Shown one piece after another: positions 55,768 to 64,000 of a DNA stretch of 64,000 bases. The DNA is from Candidatus Amesbacteria bacterium (GTDB lineage Bacteria; Patescibacteriota; Microgenomatia; CAZETR01; Amesbacteraceae), in assembly GCA_027371535.1 (NCBI GenBank), contig DAHXMV010000002.1, positions 67,494-131,493 on the forward strand. Reading direction: 5' to 3'. Numbering within the stretch: the first letter of the stretch is position 1; the number at the start of each line of letters is the position of its first letter. Position numbers and translations under genes: made by a program. The notes beneath the pieces are model-generated. The model had not been told where the DNA came from. It searched no databases and saw only the letters and a list, made by a program, of their open reading frames with translations.

Positions 55768-56925
55768 ATGACCAAACAATTTCCAAGTTACAAATCGCAA
55801 AGTCCGATTATTTTATCAATAGATACCTCATGTGATGAGACGGCCGCAGCAGTAACTCGGGGGGTGGTGGTGTTATCAAATGTGATCTGGTCGCAGGCGG
55901 CAGCCCACGCACAGTTTGGCGGGGTGATGCCCTCGCTGGCACAACGGATGCACCGCGAACGGATAGATTTTGTCATCGACCGCGCAATTTCCAAATCACA
56001 AATCCCAATTACTAAACTGAGCGCAGTGGCAGTGACGGCAGGTCCAGGGCTCGCAATAGCACTGGAAGTAGGTATTGCGAAGGCAAAAGAGTTGGCCGGA
56101 AAATACCAGTTACCTTTAATTCCCGTAAACCACATTGAAGGACATGTTCTCAGTCCGCTGGCAAGGCCAAATATCACCCATAATCCCTCTCTTAATCTAA
56201 GAGGTGAAATCAAAGAGGATGATATAGGTTTACCAAACCTGGGTTTGGTGGTATCCGGAGGACATACGGAGTTGATTCTGATAAATAAAATCGGCGATTA
56301 TAAAATTCTGGCAAAAACACTTGACGATGCTTTGGGAGAAGCGTTGGATAAAGCCGCCAGGATGCTGGGCCTGGGATACCCGGGTGGGGCAATTTTAGAA
56401 AAAATGGCAAAGCTCGGCAACCCCAAAATTTATCCCCTACCTTTGCCGATGGCCAGAAGCGAAGTGAAGAATTCATTTAGTTTTTCCGGTTTAAAGACGG
56501 CTTTTTACAGATTGACGCAAAGAATTAACCGCGATTCTTCGATAAGTTCGGGGCTATCGTCGAGACAAATATATGATCTCTCTTCAGCTTTCCAAAACCG
56601 GGCGTTTCAACACCTGGAGAGGGTGATAAAAAATGTGATACAGAACACCCCCCTCCCCCTCTTTAATCAAAGAGGGGGATCTGAGAGGGTGTTCCTTGTT
56701 GGAGGCGGAGTAGCAGCCAATATGGAACTGAGAAAAAGATTAAGAAAAATAGGCAAAGAGCTGGGATTAAAAATCCTATTCCCCTACTCCACCAAACTGA
56801 CCGGTGACAATGCGGCAATGATCGGTATCGCAGCGGGGCTGCGATATAATCCTCACAACTCACTATTCGCAACTAAATATGAATTAGTAGACAGAAAACC
56901 AAGGTGGAGTGTGGAGGAAATATAA
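55768..56925 (+). CDS. tsaD: tRNA N6-adenosine threonylcarbamoyltransferase TsaD
   Basis: SIDTSCDETA, VNHIEGH, VSGGHT, DDALGEALDK, SFSGLKT, GGVAAN, DNAAMI. Confidence 0.97.
   Translation: MTKQFPSYKSQSPIILSIDTSCDETAAAVTRGVVVLSNVIWSQAAAHAQFGGVMPSLAQRMHRERIDFVIDRAISKSQIPITKLSAVAVTAGPGLAIALEVGIAKAKELAGKYQLPLIPVNHIEGHVLSPLARPNITHNPSLNLRGEIKEDDIGLPNLGLVVSGGHTELILINKIGDYKILAKTLDDALGEALDKAARMLGLGYPGGAILEKMAKLGNPKIYPLPLPMARSEVKNSFSFSGLKTAFYRLTQRINRDSSISSGLSSRQIYDLSSAFQNRAFQHLERVIKNVIQNTPLPLFNQRGGSERVFLVGGGVAANMELRKRLRKIGKELGLKILFPYSTKLTGDNAAMIGIAAGLRYNPHNSLFATKYELVDRKPRWSVEEI
56173..56210. repeat. Hairpin element in frame in tsaD (copy 1)
   Basis: CTCTTA-ATC-TAAGAG core with ATCACC ... GGTGA flanks; encodes ITHNPSLNLRGEI. 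Confidence 0.6.
56647..56690. repeat. Hairpin element in frame in tsaD (copy 2)
   Basis: Perfect 11-bp stem TCCCCCTCTTT-AATC-AAAGAGGGGGA at 56654-56679; encodes TPLPLFNQRGGSER. Confidence 0.75.
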
Positions 56926-56941
56926 GCTAAAATCGCCCTAT

Positions 56942-59203
56942 ATGGATAAAGCTTACGATCACCACAAATATGAGGAAAGCATCTATAAGATGTGGGAAGA
57001 AAGCGGAGCGTTTACTCCTAAAATAGACGAGGGCAAGAAACCGTTTGTGATAATTTTGCCACCGCCCAATGCCAGCGGTAAGATGCATACCGGCAATGTG
57101 TTAATGATTGCCATTGAAGATATTCTGATCCGATGGCACCGAATGATGGGAGAGCCGACGCTCTGGCTACCCGGTAGCGACCACGCCGGAACCGAAACAC
57201 AAATTACTTACGAACGGGAATTAAAAAAGGAAGGTAAATCCAGATTTAGTTTTGACCGCCAGACTTTGTACGACAATATCTGGAATTTTGTCCAAAACAA
57301 CAAGTCTTTGGTGATCGGCCAGATAAGAAAAATGGGGGCAAGTGTGGACTGGAGCCGGTTTAAATTCACATTAGATCCGGAAATAACCAATATCGTATGT
57401 CAGACTTTTGAAAAAATGGCCGCAGACAATCTAGTTTACCGAGGTGACAATATGATTAATTATTGCCCCAATTGCGGTACAACCTATGCGGATATTGAAA
57501 TTGAGCATGAGGAAAGAAATGATCCACTGTACTATATCAGGTATCCGCTGGTTAATAAGAAGGTTACAGAGCCCGAATATTTGGTAGTGGCGACGGTTCG
57601 ACCGGAACCGATATTTATAGATACTCACTTAGCAGTAAATCCCGAAGATAAAAAGAGGTCAGTGTGGATCGGAAGAAAAGTCAGTAATCCTCTAACCGGA
57701 GGGGAGATGGAAATCATCGGTGATGAGATGGTAGACCCGAAATTCGGCACGGGAATAGTTAAATTAACCCCAGCGCATGACGAGAACGATTTCCAAGTAG
57801 CCAAAAGGCACGGATTACCAATCGTCAGCGGATTTACAATGGAAGGCCGATTAAATGATAAGGCCGGAGAATTTTCCGGGTTAAAAATCAGTGAAGCAAG
57901 AAAAGTCATCGCGGAAAGACTAAAGGATAAGGGGCTCATTGAAAAAATTGATGAAAGTTATTCGCACACAATTTCCCTTTGTAAGGCCGGGCATGTAGTA
58001 GAGCCAACGGTTTTACCTAATTGGTTTATTAAGGTTGAACAGTTAAAAAAACCCGCATGGGAAGTTGTGAAAAAGGGAGAAGTCCGTATCTATCCCACAT
58101 GGAGAAAAATAACCTATCAAAGATGGATGGAAACGATGCATGATTGGGCAATTTCCAGACAAAATGTCTGGGGCATCAGAATTCCGGCCTGGTACAACGT
58201 CGATGAAAATAAGGAAATGGCGGTAACGTTTATTAATTCCGAAGGAAAAACAGAAAAGGGTACAGTTGATAAGATTTTGGAAGCTTATTCGATGGAGGAA
58301 ATAAACAAAGGCCTTCAGACTTTGACAGCCCCGACCGGGTCCAAATATCAAATCAGTCTTACCAAACCCGGGGAGCGATTTTTACAGGAAACCAATACTT
58401 TTGACACCTGGTTCTCCTCAGGACAATGGCCTTTGGCTACATTAGGCTATCCAAACAGCGATGATTTTAAATATTTTTATCCCACCTCGGTAATGGAAAC
58501 CGGCTGGGAAATATTGAGCAAGTGGGTGTCAAGAATGATTATGTTCGGATTGTATCTCACGGGAAAACCCCCATTTGAGGATGTTTATCTGCACGGTATC
58601 GTAAAAGCTTTAGACGGCCGTAAGATGAGTAAGAGTCTGGGAAATGTAATTAATCCGGAGGAATATATAGAACAATTCGGCGTGGATGCTTTAAGGATGG
58701 GAATGATATTGGGTACTGCCAACGGGAAGGATTTTAATTTTCCCAGAGATAAGGTTCTGGGTTTTAGAAATTTTGCCAACAAGATTTGGAATGTTTCCAG
58801 ATTTACTCTGATGACTTATGAAAAATATAATCAACCGGTCCCCTATTTAGATAAAGCCAGGCCAATAAAAATGTTACAAACTGACCGGGAGATAATTGAA
58901 AAACTGGACACTTTAACCAAAAACGTGAACAGATATTTAGGTAATTTCAGATTTGCAGATGCAGGCGAAGCAATTTACAATTTTGTCTGGCATGATTTAG
59001 CGGACAAATATATAGAGTCGGTAAAAATGAGGGACGACGAAAACGCATTAATAGTTCTCAGACACTTATTAATTAATTCACTTAAATTACTGCATCCGTT
59101 TATGCCGTTTGTAACTGAGGCAGTATGGGCAGAGATAAAACCTTTAAGAATGTATCCCGATGAAATGCTGATTACGGCTGGTTGGCCCCAACCACTTTCT
59201 TAG
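56942..59203 (+). CDS. valS: Valine--tRNA ligase
   Basis: PPPNASG, WLPGSDHAG, GTGIVKLTPAHD, DWAISRQ, DTWFSS, KMSKSLGN. Confidence 0.97.
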   Translation: MDKAYDHHKYEESIYKMWEESGAFTPKIDEGKKPFVIILPPPNASGKMHTGNVLMIAIEDILIRWHRMMGEPTLWLPGSDHAGTETQITYERELKKEGKSRFSFDRQTLYDNIWNFVQNNKSLVIGQIRKMGASVDWSRFKFTLDPEITNIVCQTFEKMAADNLVYRGDNMINYCPNCGTTYADIEIEHEERNDPLYYIRYPLVNKKVTEPEYLVVATVRPEPIFIDTHLAVNPEDKKRSVWIGRKVSNPLTGGEMEIIGDEMVDPKFGTGIVKLTPAHDENDFQVAKRHGLPIVSGFTMEGRLNDKAGEFSGLKISEARKVIAERLKDKGLIEKIDESYSHTISLCKAGHVVEPTVLPNWFIKVEQLKKPAWEVVKKGEVRIYPTWRKITYQRWMETMHDWAISRQNVWGIRIPAWYNVDENKEMAVTFINSEGKTEKGTVDKILEAYSMEEINKGLQTLTAPTGSKYQISLTKPGERFLQETNTFDTWFSSGQWPLATLGYPNSDDFKYFYPTSVMETGWEILSKWVSRMIMFGLYLTGKPPFEDVYLHGIVKALDGRKMSKSLGNVINPEEYIEQFGVDALRMGMILGTANGKDFNFPRDKVLGFRNFANKIWNVSRFTLMTYEKYNQPVPYLDKARPIKMLQTDREIIEKLDTLTKNVNRYLGNFRFADAGEAIYNFVWHDLADKYIESVKMRDDENALIVLRHLLINSLKLLHPFMPFVTEAVWAEIKPLRMYPDEMLITAGWPQPLS

Positions 59204-59573
59204 TTACCGGTATAGGATTTTCCAGAAGCTTTACCTGAATTGACCTTAAGAGCATCACTCCCAAAGACGCCAATTTGAAACCAGCTCCGGAAACAACACC
59301 AATTAAAACTATATGGAGTGTAAGATTTAAGCCGTCGTTTAATGCAGACTCATTGATCAACGATGTGGCCTGGACATTTTTTAAAGCCGGATTATTTGTA
59401 GGAGGGGCCATGCTATTAATCAGGGCATTGAGGTTTATAGTAGAGTTTTGGGAGGTAAAAAATTGGACCGGTTTTTGTTGACGAGTGAAAACCTGATAGA
59501 GGTTAATGGTAGACAACAGGATAACCAGAATTCCGAAAAACAATAATAAATAACCAATGATTTTATTTATCAC
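59172..59573 (-). CDS. Two-TM hypothetical membrane protein
   Basis: Two hydrophobic helices; GTG 59573 lies 7 nt after TATACT. Confidence 0.7.
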   Translation of the reverse strand: MINKIIGYLLLFFGILVILLSTINLYQVFTRQQKPVQFFTSQNSTINLNALINSMAPPTNNPALKNVQATSLINESALNDGLNLTLHIVLIGVVSGAGFKLASLGVMLLRSIQVKLLENPIPVTKKVVGANQP

Positions 59574-59601
59574 TAACAGAAGTATATCAGATACCAATGG
59601 G

Positions 59602-60294
59602 TTAGGCTTTAGGTTTGGGCTCCGATTTTTCAGGGGCCGCAGCTGTTGCAGGAGTTGCTCCTTCCGGGACCGGCGCTCCTTCAGCAGGTATAGTACCTTC
59701 AGCAGGCGGGGAAGGCACTACTTCTTCCTCTTTGGCTAAAGTTTCGATCTGAACAATGATAGTTCCGGGGTCTGTTTTAACAGTCAATTTAGCCGTGTCT
59801 ATTTTCAAATCAGCCACCTTGATATTAGCACCTGCCACGGACAGTCCAGATATCTCCACTTCAATATGTTCTGGCATGTCTGTAGGCAAGGCTTCCACTT
59901 CCAATTCATCCAACTGCTGAACGAGAATGCCTAACTTTTCTTTCTCAGCTTCAGACTCACCGACCAATTTAATAGCTACCGGGGCGGTGACCTTTTCTTT
60001 CAAATCCACCTGATGAAAGACCACATGCTGCAAGCTACCGGAAACCGGATGAAGGACCAGATCGCTGATAAAAACCGGCCGGTCTTCTTTTTCACCAGCC
60101 ACCTGTAGATAAACCAATGTTGACTCCCCTATTCTCGGATAGAGGTTGATAAATTTCTTAGTATCTAACTGGATATTGGTTGATTTGATTTTTTTTCCAT
60201 AGACATTCGCCGGAGTCAAACCCTGGGCTCTGAGTTTTTTAACTTTGTGACCAGAAATTATTCTTGGCTGGCAGGTGATTTTTGGTTTTTCCAT
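59602..60294 (-). CDS. rplY: 50S ribosomal protein L25 (Ctc type)
   Basis: GHKVKKLRAQGLTPANVYG, HPVSGSLQHVVF, VEALPTDMPEHIEV; acidic tail. Confidence 0.96.
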   Translation of the reverse strand: MEKPKITCQPRIISGHKVKKLRAQGLTPANVYGKKIKSTNIQLDTKKFINLYPRIGESTLVYLQVAGEKEDRPVFISDLVLHPVSGSLQHVVFHQVDLKEKVTAPVAIKLVGESEAEKEKLGILVQQLDELEVEALPTDMPEHIEVEISGLSVAGANIKVADLKIDTAKLTVKTDPGTIIVQIETLAKEEEVVPSPPAEGTIPAEGAPVPEGATPATAAAPEKSEPKPKA

Positions 60295-60298
60295 AAAT

Positions 60299-62551
60299 TC
60301 AGGGTGTTTTAAAGTCCGCTATAATTTTTTGAAATTCACAGCTTCGGGTATTATACCGAAGACTACCCGGTGCTGCAACCTGCGGATTTTGATTGGTGGT
60401 AATTAGCCAATCCCGAGGATATCCCAGATTAACTTCTAACGGGAAATCTTCTACGCCAGGCTGCGCAGGCATTTCAATTTGAAGATGGAGATTTTCAGGA
60501 CCGGTATCAAGCGGCTGAAAAATATTCATCTCCAAGATATTTCCGGTGGCACTACCAGCCGGAAGAAGAAAACCCCAACTATAAACATCGACGTTCTGAA
60601 TGGACGGAAACAAACCATTTTGAATTTTATAACCATTCAGAAAAACTGATTTGATTATTACGCTTTTCGGTAAATAAACTCTTAAATAATCAGCTGACTC
60701 GTTTTTGATAAGAAATTTAATTGAGGTATCAACTTCTTTTGGGTTAATGTATATATTCAATTGTCCCTGCATATTCATTTTACCTGACTGGGTGGAGTTT
60801 CCTATAAAAGTGTTAACAGGATAGATAAAAGTGTTCAGGCAGGCGCCGCTTCTCGGGCAATCAGGCATTTGAATTCTACCGCTCCAACCGATATGGGAAA
60901 ATTTTGGTAAATCCGAAGAGACTGAAGAGATAAACAATTGTCGATTTTCAAAAAGATTCAAAACCCAAAAATAGAATTGTGTCCGTTTTGATAAGGATGC
61001 GGATAATAAATTCTGTATTATTCCCCGACTAAGTAAACCTATAAAGGTAGATTGGTTGGGTGTTTGATTTAAAATTGAGTTTTTGAGATCTTGATAGTTC
61101 TGAGCGGAAACCAGTATTTCAGATTTTGGCAATTTTACCGAACCGGTTATGCTAAGCAAATCCGGGTAAACTGAATCGTTAATTCCGATTACAAAATCAA
61201 CCTTTTGGTCCAGCGCTTTTGAAAAGTAAGAAGAAAAGTTTCCTGCAAATGTGTTAAATTCACTTTCCCAATTACTCAAGCCGACCGGTAAAAACATATT
61301 TCCTGTGACCAGTTTATAATCAGAAGGTGAAGGTATCTTCCCTACAAATGAAGATAATAACTGGGTAAGGTTATAAAATTTCGAACCCACCATTTGGCCA
61401 CGGTTTAACGTTAGGAGCCAAAATGAATCAATTTTACCTCCGGAAGGAAATGAAAAATTACTGTTCTGGAATATTATTAGGAATGTGGTTTCCCCCCGAC
61501 TTCCCGATAAATAGGAAAGATAATCTGTAACCGACGATAACTTGTCCAACACCTTCAAATATCTCGATGTCTGAAAAAGCAAATCTGAGCTCCAAACCGC
61601 GGATTTTAAATACGTCGGGTTATCCGATACCAAAGATTTACGAAGTTTTTCTATAGAAATCTCAGATTTTATAAGCAGATCAGGTTTTAAAAAGGAATCC
61701 GGGGATGAATAATTTGAAAGATTTTTTAATACTTCCCTTGTTTGTGAGTAAATAATCGCTTGTGAGACCGGTTCCGGAACATCAGTATCCAACATTGAAG
61801 CCAACCCCGGAAGATATAATCTATTAAACATGTAATATTTATAATAAAATTCACTTTTGTTTAAACATACGAACGCTGAAGAAAAATCATATTTTCTAAA
61901 ATTCTTAATTACACACTCCCAATTATTTTTGAACAGGACAAGACTGATAAACCCCAAGCAGTATACAAGTCCGACAGATACTAAACCTGCAATAGCAAAT
62001 TTGAACAATTTTAGAATATTTTTATTTTTTATATCGGAAACGGATCCAGAAGAAGGTGGCTGCAAAAACTGACCCAAAATCCGATTTTGATATTTAAATC
62101 CAAAAACGATAGTTTGAATTACTTTTTCAGAATTATATTCCAGAGGTAAGAGTGAATCATATTCAACAAGATCATATGAAAGCGAATTTTTACCAACGAA
62201 TTGAATGACACTTTTTATTATCTGACGCTTTAGGGTAATGTGAAGCGATGACAGAACTATTATTAAGCGTGTGTTTGATTTGAAACATTTATTCAGCAAA
62301 ATTCTCAAACTTTCTAAGATTTTATCAACTCCAAAAGATTGGTGGCGAAATGGTCCAAGAAAGTAAATTACATGAGAAACTTCATCGAGTGTAATATCCG
62401 GAATTTCAGTATTGAAAAAACAAACTGGTATTACACCTTCAAGCGATGTTAATTGTAAATTTACGTCAATAGATAAATCCGATTTACACCCCAAAAGAAA
62501 TATTTTTGAGAAAGAAGGGTAACGATCAAATTGGAGCAGTTCTGAAGACAT
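60299..62551 (-). CDS. Diverged DUF4012-like membrane-anchored protein
   Basis: TM helix followed by FLIIFQNSNFSFPSGGKIDSF, SNWESEF, VDFVIGI, YLRVYLPK, AQPG, a degenerate version of the DUF4012 motif series. Confidence 0.65.
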   Translation of the reverse strand: MSSELLQFDRYPSFSKIFLLGCKSDLSIDVNLQLTSLEGVIPVCFFNTEIPDITLDEVSHVIYFLGPFRHQSFGVDKILESLRILLNKCFKSNTRLIIVLSSLHITLKRQIIKSVIQFVGKNSLSYDLVEYDSLLPLEYNSEKVIQTIVFGFKYQNRILGQFLQPPSSGSVSDIKNKNILKLFKFAIAGLVSVGLVYCLGFISLVLFKNNWECVIKNFRKYDFSSAFVCLNKSEFYYKYYMFNRLYLPGLASMLDTDVPEPVSQAIIYSQTREVLKNLSNYSSPDSFLKPDLLIKSEISIEKLRKSLVSDNPTYLKSAVWSSDLLFQTSRYLKVLDKLSSVTDYLSYLSGSRGETTFLIIFQNSNFSFPSGGKIDSFWLLTLNRGQMVGSKFYNLTQLLSSFVGKIPSPSDYKLVTGNMFLPVGLSNWESEFNTFAGNFSSYFSKALDQKVDFVIGINDSVYPDLLSITGSVKLPKSEILVSAQNYQDLKNSILNQTPNQSTFIGLLSRGIIQNLLSASLSKRTQFYFWVLNLFENRQLFISSVSSDLPKFSHIGWSGRIQMPDCPRSGACLNTFIYPVNTFIGNSTQSGKMNMQGQLNIYINPKEVDTSIKFLIKNESADYLRVYLPKSVIIKSVFLNGYKIQNGLFPSIQNVDVYSWGFLLPAGSATGNILEMNIFQPLDTGPENLHLQIEMPAQPGVEDFPLEVNLGYPRDWLITTNQNPQVAAPGSLRYNTRSCEFQKIIADFKTP
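60350..60378 (-). promoter_or_regulatory. Putative rplY promoter inside the upstream gene
   Basis: TTGCAG-17 nt-TATAAT on the minus strand, 55 nt before the rplY ATG. Confidence 0.55.
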
Positions 62552-62727
62552 ATCTAATTTTATTACTTTTTATATTTCAATATATACGATATGAACTAAG
62601 GCTGTTAGTACTTACTTTATTTTTGTGTTCAGATCTTTATTTTTTTAGCCTTGGTTATTTCACGTTTCTGTCATTACATAAACATGAAAATAACCGCATG
62701 ATCATTTTAGGGTCATTGTTGGACTTA

Positions 62728-63147
62728 TTAATCTAATGTATCCAGGGTTTGGTTCACCAGAAGATCGGCCAAAGAATTCTCGGACCGGGGAATATGGTTA
62801 AAACTTTTAACCAGAATCTGATAAGAAGAAATATTTTTAACGATCAGATTATGAAGATATTTCAGATGATTTTCTTTTATCCGATATATACCTGAAAGTT
62901 GATTTACCACCAGGAGGGAATCAAGATAGAAATTCACCTCCAGATATCGAAATTCTGATGCAATCAGCCATTCCAGAGCATGCAGGACTGCCTGGTATTC
63001 AGCTTCATTATTGGTTACTCTACCCAAATAATTTCCCTGACGGTAAATCGATATATTCATGTTATCCAACACAATAAAAGCCGAGGCTCCGGGGCCAGGG
63101 TTTCCGCGGGAACCTCCGTCACAATATATATTAAGACTTTTGGGCAT
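62728..63147 (-). CDS. Ribonuclease HI family protein
   Basis: IYCDGGSRGNPGP, TNNEAEY, LDSLLVVNQL, HIPRSENSLADLL. Confidence 0.93.
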   Translation of the reverse strand: MPKSLNIYCDGGSRGNPGPGASAFIVLDNMNISIYRQGNYLGRVTNNEAEYQAVLHALEWLIASEFRYLEVNFYLDSLLVVNQLSGIYRIKENHLKYLHNLIVKNISSYQILVKSFNHIPRSENSLADLLVNQTLDTLD

Positions 63148-64000
63148 AGTTATTAATATCAAATTTAATAAGAGTAAACAATAATATCAATAATAAAAGA
63201 TTGGAATCAGAAGTAAACCAATAATGATCTACTAAAGAAATCAGAAAAACCGACATCAGAGACAACTGTAAGCATATATCAGAATGAAAAATATTATATA
63301 TGCCTGCTCTCCAAAATAAAATTATGGCCATTATAAAAAACGGCAAACCTATTTCGGAAACAAAAAGAAGAATCAAATTATGTACAGGCTGAACCTCCAA
63401 ATAAAATCCAGTAGGGGATGGAGAATATACAAATTTCGAGAAATTTCCCAAACCAATGCCAAGCAGAGGGCGGGATGATATTATCGTAAAGGCTTTTTCG
63501 AGAAGATAAAACCGGTCAGTCAAAGAGGTTTGAGAACCTATATTAATTGAAAAATATATTATTGATAGTAAGGCTAGTGAAGAGATAAGAATACCTATAA
63601 TTCTATTATTTTTGATATTTATAATCAGAAAAGCCAATCCAAGAGAAACCATGACTGAGCGGGAGAATGATATTAATATACCCGCCAAACTAAATACCAG
63701 ACCCAACTGAGGAACAATGGATTTTTTATTAACAGTAATAAAATAAAGAGAGATAAAATATGTCACTAACAAATAGCCTGCCATAGCATTCGGGTGAGGA
63801 AAAGTTGCATAAGGTCTAAGAAATATTCCCAGTTTGCCCAAGGAAATCTTGGCTATATTTAGGGAGAATAAAGAGAGAGGCCGTTCACCCAACCAAGGCA
63901 GAAATCCTCCCAGAGAACTTTGTTTTACTATCTGCATCAAGGCTAATATTACGGACCATACAGCTGATAAAGGTAAATATTCCGCCATGATATGGAAAGA
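63131..64000 (-). CDS. O-antigen ligase (Wzy_C) family protein, 3' part; frame open to the window end
   Basis: LRPYATFPHPNAMAGYL, SFSRS, PLLGIGLGNF, QPVHN, DHYW. Confidence 0.88.
   Translation of the reverse strand, partial: SFHIMAEYLPLSAVWSVILALMQIVKQSSLGGFLPWLGERPLSLFSLNIAKISLGKLGIFLRPYATFPHPNAMAGYLLVTYFISLYFITVNKKSIVPQLGLVFSLAGILISFSRSVMVSLGLAFLIINIKNNRIIGILISSLALLSIIYFSINIGSQTSLTDRFYLLEKAFTIISSRPLLGIGLGNFSKFVYSPSPTGFYLEVQPVHNLILLFVSEIGLPFFIMAIILFWRAGIYNIFHSDICLQLSLMSVFLISLVDHYWFTSDSNLLLLILLFTLIKFDINNYAQKS

Noticed and set aside
62552-62727. AT-rich gap with a 10-bp inverted repeat (AACTAAGGCT/AGCCTTGGTT) and a 76-aa + strand ORF
   Set aside because: The arms are about 44 nt apart with no supporting structure, and the ORF is low-complexity and opposes the local gene direction; not enough to call.

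Overview
Dense core-genome window from a bacterium using the standard genetic code (TGA acts as stop). Gene content and architecture point to Patescibacteria/CPR, probably Microgenomates-like; this is an inference, not a database assignment. It holds the heat-shock regulon (hrcA-grpE-dnaK and groES-groEL, three CIRCE sites), translation and tRNA genes (lepA, rpsT, rplY, metG, valS, def, tRNA-Cys, a TsaC-TsaE fusion next to tsaD), repair genes (pcrA, a UvrD-nuclease fusion, rnhB, an RNase HI-family gene, rmuC, tatD) and many envelope genes (murJ, two FemABX, LCP, WecA-like, a DPPR-synthase-like UbiA, five GT-C-like membrane proteins, GT2, GT4, gmd, VanW, M23, PilN/PilO). No transposase, integrase, CRISPR array or rRNA was seen. 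Three signals stand out. (1) Short 7-nt-period degenerate tandem repeats and GC-rich hairpin elements lie in frame inside unrelated housekeeping genes (tsaD, tsaC-E, pcrA, rnhB, tatD, both femABX), suggesting a family of tiny coding-compatible insertion elements. (2) More than 20 genes have a -10 box 6-8 nt before the start codon (leaderless mRNAs), including compact bidirectional promoters and a probable ATT start. (3) Two GT-C clusters may build a pentose-containing surface glycan or glycosylate Pro/Thr-rich surface proteins. An AT-rich, highly diverged block begins near 60.3 kb.
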